64,000 nucleotides of DNA from Craspedostauros australis (lineage: Eukaryota): assembly GCA_030167865.1 (NCBI GenBank), contig JALAGF010005880.1, positions 1 through 64,000 on the forward strand, in the 5' to 3' direction. Positions 1-8,800 of the stretch are shown here, piece after piece (the first letter of the stretch is position 1; each line of letters begins with the position of its first letter). The notes beneath the pieces were generated by a model that did no database searches, was not told the DNA's origin, and was given only the letters and a program-made list of their open reading frames with translations. The translations under genes and the position numbers were made by a program.

Positions 1-2641
1 TCCAAGTGCGTATGAGAGAATAGCGGGTGAACGATGCACATATATACGTACATCTTGACATATACTCACATGTACATCTCGACAGACGCTGCCCAAAGCA
101 ATTTGTATGCGTGTCGCTTGAGGTCGCTGATCGCCCGCTCCGCTCGGTTTTGATTCTGATTCATGGAAGCAGTGAAGGAGTGCTCGATCATGTACCGCAT
201 CGCCACAGCCTTCCATGCCTTGACGGTTTGGACCTGTGAGTAGTCTGAGATGAGTAAATCAGGTGCCCTGACCTGTACAATGAAATCGGTGAGCGCCTCT
301 GGCTCCATCGCCTCTCGTCGGAGCGGCTTGACCCAGATGAATTTGGACTCGCTGTGTGCAAAGAGCTGGAAGCACTTGTAGTGTCAAATGGATGGGACCG
401 TGGAGAAGAATAGATCGGTTTCCACTCTTCCCTTGATTTGGTGTGGCCGTAGCGCGCCCGCTCGCTGCGCACGGTACTGCCTCGGGATGAGTCTTGACTC
501 CGCGTCGATGGGAGTATCGGCCAGCTGCGTCGATGCTGTTTTCGTTTTCTCGACCACCTGTTGTGAGAGATACCGGAAAACCTTGTTGAAGTTAACACTG
601 GTGTGGGATTGCCAAACGTGTCTGTGTCTGTCGCATATAGTAATATTCTTAGTTTGAGTTAGCTCGCGAGCTGTCGGTTTACGAATTGGGATGCACAGGG
701 TATTGCTGTCGTGATTGGCCAGTGGGATGCTGATGTCAGATGTGCGCATGTGGTGTGTATTGAACAGCGACTCCATCTGCCGTGGATGCTTATCAAGAGC
801 CATGTAATATGCCTTGATGAGGATCACTCTGCCTTCTGGCGGCTCGTACGCTGCCACCGCGTCAACCATTGGAAACGTCTCGATTTGCGAGTCGACTGTC
901 GCCCCTCAGGGTGGAACTGCTGCTGGTGATTTTGGGTTACCACCCATCCAGACTCATGAACAATGTCGCCGTCCGCGCCTGAGTCTAGAATGATATTGCC
1001 ATGGCTACTATTAGTTACTCTTGCCCGTCGAATCGTGTGCTCTGTATGCGGGTCGGCGCTTCTTGGACGCGACTCTCGTAGCGTATCCGGGGTTGTATGC
1101 CCTGGCCCGCTCTCCGCGGCCTTTTGCGTCAAGTCCACACTGTCTTGGTCCTTGATGCATATGGCGACCTCCGACTGCTGGCACGAAGTGCCTGTCATTG
1201 GTTGTCAGGAGCCATTGTCACATGGTCCATACTTCTTGGTTCAATTGGTCTTGTTGCCGAATCTGGTGCGCTTGTTGGGTTTGCGCTGAGCGTGCTGCTC
1301 CTGGGTCTTGGCAAACTCAGCGGGTTTGTTGTGCTTGAGCGTCTCCTTGCTGATGAGCTCTCCTATCTCGCGGAAGTGACGCGAGGATTCCACCACAATC
1401 ACTTGTGCGGGGGTGGGAAGGCTACAGAATACAATATCTGGTAGTCGGTACATCGGTGGTTTCTTGCGATCCCCGGATGTAGCTTCAAACGGTCGCTTGC
1501 GGTCCGTTTGCCCATCCTTCTGGTGCGCGCGTCGATTGCACCATGGAGATCTGTCGATCTCCGCGTTGGAGAGGCCCTTGTTGTGCTTCATGAGAGTCTC
1601 GCAGACCCAATCAAAGGGCTCAGCTGTCTCTTGGAGGCAAGAGACCATACTGGTGAATCGCTCATCGCAAATGTTGTGGAAGAATCTTGCAATCTTCTGC
1701 TTGTCGCTCATTGCCTTCCCGTTGTTTTCTATTGCCTGAACAGACATGGAGAAGTCATTGACAAACGCGCTGAACGGTCCAGATCCGTTGTAGACGAGTT
1801 TGGACAGTTTGTCTTCCTCTGTTGCCACAATGTCGGCCCTGTTCTCAGTGGATTTGTATGTACGGATGAGGGCCTGGAAGGCTGCATGACCGCTGTCTCT
1901 TTTCGCGAGGATCATGTAGTTAGCGTGTCCTTGGCACGTTGTCGAGTTAAGCACTGTGTAGAACTGGGTGTCGACGTCCTTGCAGTAGTGGGCCTGGTGT
2001 GTCTTTTGCATGTAGTCTGCGTATCTGGTCGTGACTAGCTGGCGGATGAAGTTGATCTTCCACTGGTACCATTCAATGTTGAGTCCGCTGAATGGCTCCG
2101 CATCTAGCAGGGCGACTTGTCATACTTCCATCCGGTTGGCATTGATGGCGATCGGCGTACTTCCAGTGGGCGCCTTGGTGAGTGTACCACAACCTCGTGG
2201 CTTGTTGCCTTGGCGAGTTCACGATTGGCAGCTTCCTTCATTGCGAGTTCCAATTGCATTTTGGTCGCCTTGCTGGCGACAGGAGTCTCAATGGTTGGTA
2301 CCTCATATCCGGTTGTTGTAGTGAACTCGTTGATGGCCGCCCAATCGGTTGCTTGGTCGATTTGCCGTTCTTTCGCGAAAGCGAAGATGCAAAGGATGTT
2401 CTCAATGTTGATCGAGGTGAGTGTTGGTGAGATGGCCAGCGCTTGGATGATTCTTTTTGTCTGGACTCTTGATGGCGCGTTCGATCCTTCTGAGTTGCTT
2501 GTTGATGAACTCCATTTCTTTGTCATCGAGGTCAGCAAGTTCCTTGGTTACGGCTGTCAAAGCTCGGTTGTTGATTGGTCTTGCCATGGTGGTTGATGTC
2601 GTAAAGGTGATATGCTTGTTGGTAAACCATGACTCTTAATC
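1..2641 (-). mobile_element. Decayed Ty1/copia LTR retrotransposon (CoDi-like), internal region, truncated by the window edge (element A)
   Basis: Collinear minus-strand fragments. Gag starts at ATG 2587 and includes EPFSGLNIEWYQWKINF just upstream of ORF 1241-2011. Protease IILDSGAD is in ORF 824-1198, followed by VDAVAAYE...ESLFNTHHMR (384-869) and integrase core APDLLISD...QNQNRAERAISDLK (66-308). Several frameshifts and in-frame TGA stops (2120-2122, 1241-1243, 1205-1207). Confidence 0.9.
2628..2641 (-). promoter_or_regulatory. Primer-binding site GATTAAGAGTCATG, complementary to the anticodon arm of tRNA-Lys(CUU)
   Basis: On the minus strand it directly follows ...CTTTGACA (LTR end). 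The plus strand reads CATGA-CT-CTT-AA-TC, an anticodon stem-loop with CTT. It lies 41 nt upstream of the gag ATG. Confidence 0.7.
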
Positions 2642-2790
2642 TGTCAAAGTGCACAAGTAAATCCTGGAGACGTATTGGCCCGTTGTTGCGTGCCCTGGTC
2701 GGAGCTCTTGTTCTTTTATTGTGAGTTGTTCGAGGACAACCTCCGACCAGTATTTTGACTCATATGATTAGTAAAGAGGTAAAAAGTACA
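2642..2790 (-). repeat. 5' LTR of element A (inner end firm, outer end uncertain)
   Basis: Inner boundary TGTCA (plus strand) abuts the PBS. Minus-strand AATAAA at 2715-2720. Candidate outer end GTACA at 2786-2790 gives TGT...ACA termini. No partner LTR is in the window. Confidence 0.5.
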
Positions 2791-2800
2791 GAGAAAGCTG

Positions 2801-3573
2801 TCACCTGCCATCGTCACCATCGTTTCTCTTGCCAACATCACCTTCATTGCCATCACCATTGCCTTCCGTGATGGGATCATTCAGGTTGCTTTCCCCATCA
2901 CCATCTTTGTTGCCATTACCACCATCGTCCTTGGCAACAGCATCGCTGTGGCTAGCACCACCACCTTTGTTGCCGTGGTGGCGACCATAGCCACTGACAA
3001 CGCTATCCTGGGCGTCATCATGGCTGTCTATGTCAATGCTGCCCCAATCAACACCACTGTCGCTGTCAGCATCATCGTGGTCATCGAATGCATGACAGAT
3101 AACGCCATGTCTGTCATGAAATAGGAGTAGTACCTTTGTGTGCGGTCTGGGGTAGCCGTCGTCAAAACGGAATGATGGATGTAGATCTTCATGAACAAGT
3201 TGAAAAACGCAGATGATAGTTGAATTGGATAGATCGCCCTGAATATTTGTTGTCGATGGCATGGATGATACCAATGGAGGGTTGTTGACAAACGGGATGA
3301 CGACGAGGAGCACGTAGCCTGTGACGAACAAGGCAATTCGCATTCACAAGAAGCTGCAGGAAAAGCGAGACAACCAAGTGCGGGAACCAGAGAATAGCGC
3401 AATGAAATGCCCATCATGAATAGATCAAGATAGCGACGTTGCGATAGAAAGAAACGCTGACGAGGCGCATATCGCCAAAATATAACCGTAATTAACCAAA
3501 AAGACACCATCGAAAATATTAAGTCACGAACAACCAAGACCCATTTCCAAAATTTGAGGAGGAAAAATAACAC
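2801..3573 (-). other. Overlapping uncharacterised ORFs (hydrophobic N-part, D/G-rich C-part), probably TE-derived or decayed
   Basis: ORFs 3028-3573 and 2801-3343 are in different frames, have no recognisable motif and sit between retroelements. Confidence 0.25.
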
Positions 3574-3755
3574 GGCGTTGTGCGTGGTAGATAAGGGTGT
3601 ATAACTCTTGAAGCAAAGGTCGGATGAAGACCATTTTTATATGGATAAGATCGCGCGGTGGTCTAGATTATGTTTTTATATGTCATTTTAAATTTTACGA
3701 AAATCTGAGTCACGACTAGGCGCGACTGCACCTTCGTTCACTCAAGTGGGTCTTA

Positions 3756-3829
3756 TCGTTTAAGGACGTTCATTCCCTTACGGTTTGCAGCTTTTCGTTC
3801 AAGGACGTACATTCCCTTACGATTTGCAG
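3756..3829 (+). repeat. Two near-identical 35-bp direct repeats (period 39) just upstream of the 3840 ORF
   Basis: tcgtttaaggacgttcattcccttacggtttgcag and tcgttcaaggacgtacattcccttacgatttgcag, with 3 mismatches. Confidence 0.85.
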
Positions 3830-3839
3830 TATCTACATC

Positions 3840-5327
3840 ATGCCTTCCAACACCCCCGCCCATCGCCTCGCTCCATCATCCGCCATGTCCTTCGATGCAT
3901 CTGACACATGCGCAGGGCTGCCTGACAGTCTCGTCACCGCTGAGACCATCACGCGCCGCCTCGGATGGATTTGGTTGGCAACGCTGCTCGCAGACATGCA
4001 AGTCGAGTGCGACGATGAGTTCTTTGATCTGCTTGAACTCTCAGAGCACGAGTTCTATGCATGCATGTGCGCGTCGCCAGTGGTCACCATCATCCGCATG
4101 CGCAGTATGTGGAAGCTCCGCTCGTGGTATCAGGACTTTGGTCAGGGCGCTCATGGCGATTGGATTGATGCCATTGGCATGCTTGATGCACACTCCTTCC
4201 GTGCGTATCGCCGGGGCGAAGACATCATTCCCGCAGCATACATTGGCTCCGTCTTCCATGCACGTACGCCATTGGCATCAACATCATCTTGTCGCAACAT
4301 CGGCATCAACCATCCTGATGATGGCCATTCACTTGCTGTCCAACGTGCCCACAGCCGCTGTGTTTCGCATGACAACGCTTGCTTCCGTGGCAACCGCGTT
4401 GGAGACAACTGCACCATGGCTGCGCAACGCATCCACAGTGCTCACGATCGCAACGGTGTTGATGGCCACAACGCGCCTCCGCCTCTTGTTCCGAACGAGA
4501 ATTTTGCTGACACTGGTGTTCCGCCGAACCTTCGCAGCAAAGATCTCGACGATGCACGCTCGCCTCCCATTGGCTTGAGCACGGATCCCAGTGACGTTTT
4601 CGAGCCCATTGCAGAACACGGTTCTGACATCATTTTGTGTGGTCTCGCGGATCGTCTCAAGTCGGACGAATCCGGTCGTCAGCGTCATGGTGGGTACCAT
4701 GCCTACACCCCACCTGGACGACTTGATGGTTGCACATCCCAAGCATGGGATCTGTGCTTGGTGCGTCTCAAGGATGATCCGCCCACCACTGTACTCTATG
4801 GTAGTACCCACTTATGGGTCCCAGCGGATCCGGCCCTTGGAGCATNNNNNNNNNNNNNNNNNNNNNNNNNNNNNNNNNNNNNNNNNNNNNNNNNNACTGG
4901 TGTTCCGCCGAACCTTCGCAGCAAAGATCTCGACGATGCACGCTCGCCTCCCATTGGCTTGAGCACGGATCCCAGTGACGTTTTCGAGCCCATTGCAGAA
5001 CACGGTTCTGACATCATTTTGTGTGGTCTCGCGGATCGTCTCAAGTCGGACGAATCCGGTCGTCAGCGTCATGGTGGGTACCATNCCTACACCCCACCTG
5101 GACGACTTGATGGTTGCACATCCCAAGCATGGGATCTGTGCTTGGTGCGTCTCAAGGATGATCCGCCCACCACTGTACTCTATGGTAGTACCCACTTATG
5201 GGTCCCAGCGGATCCGGCCCTTGGAGCATTTTGTGATCATGCCGGTGTAACTCAACCCTATTCGGCCTTGCCTGATGGGTTGGATGGTTTCGCAAACATT
5301 GCTTGCCAACATGCAAGTCAAGCCTAA
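3840..5327 (+). mobile_element. Gag-like ORF of a probable non-autonomous plus-strand LTR element (element C); ~367 aa once the 384-nt gap duplication is removed
   Basis: The N-terminal helical segment (DDEFFDLLEL...MWKLRSWY...DWIDAIGMLDAHSFRAYRR) resembles diatom Copia Gag N-termini by eye. No pol motifs. Followed by a G-tract and TGTTG. Confidence 0.4.
4512..5229. repeat. Assembly overlap: 4512-4845 duplicated at 4896-5229 across a 50-N gap
   Basis: Essentially identical 334-bp copies directly flank the N-run. Confidence 0.9.
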
Positions 5328-5594
5328 CGAGATCCACCATCTGGACGTTTAGCACATCGGCATTTGCGCATTCGCCGTCAATTTTCAAGAACATACGAGC
5401 TCATCCTCGTTGTTGACTGGCTTCGAGCAAGGATATTCAAGCAACCTACTTCCACGCTTGAGATCTTCGAACGTGCACAATTCACGAGCCGATTGCATAC
5501 AACTTCCAGCACCCGTATGATGATATGGTCCCACCTATACTTGCGTGGGACATGTGGATTTCTTTCTTTGCCTTTGCGAAACTGGTATTTTTTC

Positions 5595-5796
5595 CGCTGA
5601 CGATCGTCAGCGTGGGGGGGGTGTTGGCATACCCGTGGGCCTGACGAAGGACAGACAGTCCGCAAGGCCCTCACACAGGAGGAGACACAGAGCCATCCGT
5701 CTCCTGTCCTCATAATTCCTCTCCGATCCTCATCCTACACACAGTATAACATCATAGCATCACACTATCACCCTCACGATACTGACACGATCAACA
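5595..5796 (+). repeat. Palindrome, polypurine tract and candidate 3' LTR (5622-5796) of element C
   Basis: Perfect 18-bp palindrome CGCTGACGATCGTCAGCG (5595-5612), G8 tract (5614-5621), then TGTTG...CAACA 5-bp terminal inverted repeats 175 bp apart. Confidence 0.55.
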
Positions 5797-5816
5797 GTTC
5801 ACAATTTGTGATGCCA

Positions 5817-8800
5817 TCACCACCCCATGAGCATGCGGCGCAGATGTTCAAACGCGTCCCGCGCGAGGCCTTTGGTGAAGATGTCGGCAATTTGGTGAGG
5901 TGTTGGCACATGAAGGATCCGGATGAAACCCTCCTTGACCCAGTGCCAGAAGAAGTGCCACTTGGTCAGAAAGTGTTTGGTTCGTGCTGTGATCTTGTGG
6001 TTTGTCGCCAGCGAGATGCACGCCTCGTTATCCTCAAACACGGTGCATTGGATGTTGGTTTGCAGTGGTTGGTTGAGGTTGGTTGATGCGTTCACCTCGT
6101 TGATGAGTTGTTGCGTCGGGATGAGGGCACGCATAGCAAGAGACAGTGCGGCGTACTCCGATTCCATAGTGGACAAAGCGATTTCCGTCTGTAGTTTTGA
6201 TTTCCACACGAGTGGGCAGCCGCCGAGGATGATGACATACCCCGTGCGAGAGCGCACCGCATTTGGGGAGTCGTCGGACTCGCGCTTGTATAGACCGGCG
6301 AAGTCGGCGTCGACATAGCATTCCATGTTGAGCTGGCCTGTTGGCCGTACGATGGTTCCCATAGTTTTGGTGTGGCGGAGATAACGCACTATCATTTTGA
6401 TGGCCTTTGCGTGTGGCTGGCGAGGATCGTTGCTGAATCGAGCCACCTGGGATACGGCGAAGGCCAGGTCGGGGCGCGTGTTCGTTGTCAAGTAGAGCAG
6501 CATGCCGACGATGGAGCAGTAGTTCCATGCTTCCTTCATTGGGACTTGGTCGGTCGATGCTCCAAGTGACAGTTGCGTTGTAGGCGTCACATTGGGTTTG
6601 CAGTCCTGCATGCCGGTGGCTTCGATGATCTTGTTGATGAGACCGGTCTGCTTGAGGTGGATGGTGTTTGCCTTGGGGTCCCTGTGCAGCGATATCCCCA
6701 GGAATTCTGTGAAGGTACCTTCTCGTGTGAGGTCAAATCCACGCTTGCGCATGGACTCAATGAATGTGTCCGCTTCTTCTTCCGTGCGCGAAGCAATGCC
6801 GGCATCGTCCACATAAAGGACGATCATCATCCCATCGCGCATGAATAGACACTTCTCTTGATCACACGCATGGAACCCTTCCGCGAGAAGAGCGCGCACA
6901 AGGTGTTGGTACCATAGCTTGGGAGCTATAGTTAACCCGTAGAGGCTCTTGATCAGCTTGAGGCATGTATCGGGTCCGTTGGTTGATCTGAATCCGCGTG
7001 GAAGGTGTAGGTACACAGGCCGATGGATGTCGGCTTGGACGAATGCATTCGAAAAATCAATCGATGTCGTGACCCAGCGAAGCAGAATGGAAAGGATGAG
7101 AAAAACTCGGACGGACGACCACGCGACGACTGGAGCGTAGGTAGCTTCCGTTTCGGTCATCATGTCGCCTCTGCAGCACCATCGGCCCTTGTACTTCTTG
7201 ACTGTGCCATCAGGCATTCGCTTGCGTCGGAATACCCACGTGCCTGGAAAGATGCGGTCGGTGGTGGAGGACTTTGGTACCTCAATCCATGTCCCTTTCT
7301 TAGTGAGGTCGTGGATTTCCTTGTGTGCGGCGGCCATCCATTTGCTCTTGTTGTCGTCGTTCATTGCCTTGTTGAAGGAAAGCGTGTCTGGGTCGGCTTT
7401 TGACGCCTTGTAGCTGAAGTATCGGTCTGTGATGCTGAGGTCACCGCCGCTGGTGAAAAAGCTGAGTAGGTCGTATGTGATGAGAGCGTTGTGCTCGCCG
7501 TCGTCGTTGTTGTCGCGGTCGAGGGTGGCTGCCATCGCATGATGCTCGGTGCGTTCAGAAGGCTCGAACTCACTTGGTGGAACCGGGATATCCGGTGGGA
7601 TTGCCGGAGCCACTCCGAGTTGGACGAGCAGGTGATGCAGTGCGACTTCGTAGCGTTCATTATGTGTGACGATGTTCCAAACGCAGCTGGCTCGGGTCAT
7701 GAAGTTGTACAGTCTTTCGCTGTCGTCAGGTGGCCGCACGTCGTTATTGACTGCTGTGATTGCTCGCTCGAGGGTGTATGGTACTCCCTCTGTCTGTGGA
7801 ATGAAACCGAAGTAGGAGACCGGTAGCTCGTATTCGTCAGCAAGGATGAGGTCGTCGAGGGTTTCGATGAGTTGGCGGATGGCGTAGTAGAGGCACTGCA
7901 TGCGAACGTCTCTCGATGGGAACCTGAAGTGCACAACATGATCGAAATAATGTTCCATGTATTGGACGACGCGTGGAAGTTGGGTCCACAAGGTTGCCAT
8001 CTCCGTGGGCCCCATTTCGGAATCGTCAGAAGAATTGTTGTCATCCGCGAGTGTGTCGGGCGGATTACTTGCCATTAGCACGTGGTGCTCGTTGGTTGGC
8101 GCTCCTCCGCTCGCCGCTGTGTCCTCTTGTTCCTTGCGCATTCTGGCTCGGATTTCGAGTTGTTGGATGCGAAGCATCCTTTCCATCTCGAGGTCACCCT
8201 GTGCCCAGCGTCGTTCTTCCCAAGTCAATTCTGTGGTTTCGATTGTCGCTAGATTTCGGAGCATGGAGTCAGCGTCGCGCACCAGAGCGTGGGCCTTCTG
8301 TGTTACTGTGTCATCCTGATGAGTGGTGTACTTCTTGAGTGTCGCAAGGCAGGTCTGGAGAGTGTTCTTCATGTCTGCCACGGCTTGGTCCTTGCTGGGT
8401 TCACTCATTGCGATGGTGGTTACGTTTGCGCTGGTTTCGGATGGTTGTTTGATGTCGTTGGCCCAGACCACTTTTCCACCCAACGTGTTGTAGGTGAGGC
8501 GCTCGACGGTCCGTCGCTCTCGTGTTGTGCGCTTGTTGATGCGTTCAGAGCGGCGTAGTGGAGGCGGTTTTGCCTTTCTAAACGTCGGTTGTTCTGTTGG
8601 TGCAGTGATGGGTTTGCGCAGCGGTGAAGTTGGAGGGGAGTCGATCGGTGGTTGCATGTCGTCGTCACTGTTGTCGTTGGCAACTCCCTCTGTCGGTGGC
8701 AACGGTTTAGGGAGACTTGTCGGAGTCTCTTCGGCTCCCTCTGTCGACGGCATTGGTGGCGTCGGCTTGTTGGTATCGGTGGTTGTTGGCGAACGACTGA

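Noticed and set aside
3756..3829. CRISPR-like repeat pair
   Set aside because: Only two copies with a 4-nt spacer, no cas genes, and a eukaryotic context.
3821..3833. GATTTGCAGT as a half-tRNA-Cys PBS for element C
   Set aside because: Not preceded by an LTR-ending CA, the implied 30-40 pair is broken, and it is part of a direct repeat.
4512..5229. Apparent internal tandem duplication in the 3840 ORF (also 9471-10050 and 14435-15298)
   Set aside because: Each duplicate directly flanks a uniform 50-N gap, which points to unmerged contig overlaps rather than biology.
5809..5816. Minus-strand TGGCATCA resembling a tRNA-Met PBS
   Set aside because: It follows the pol stop codon rather than an LTR, and the match is only 7 of 8 nt.
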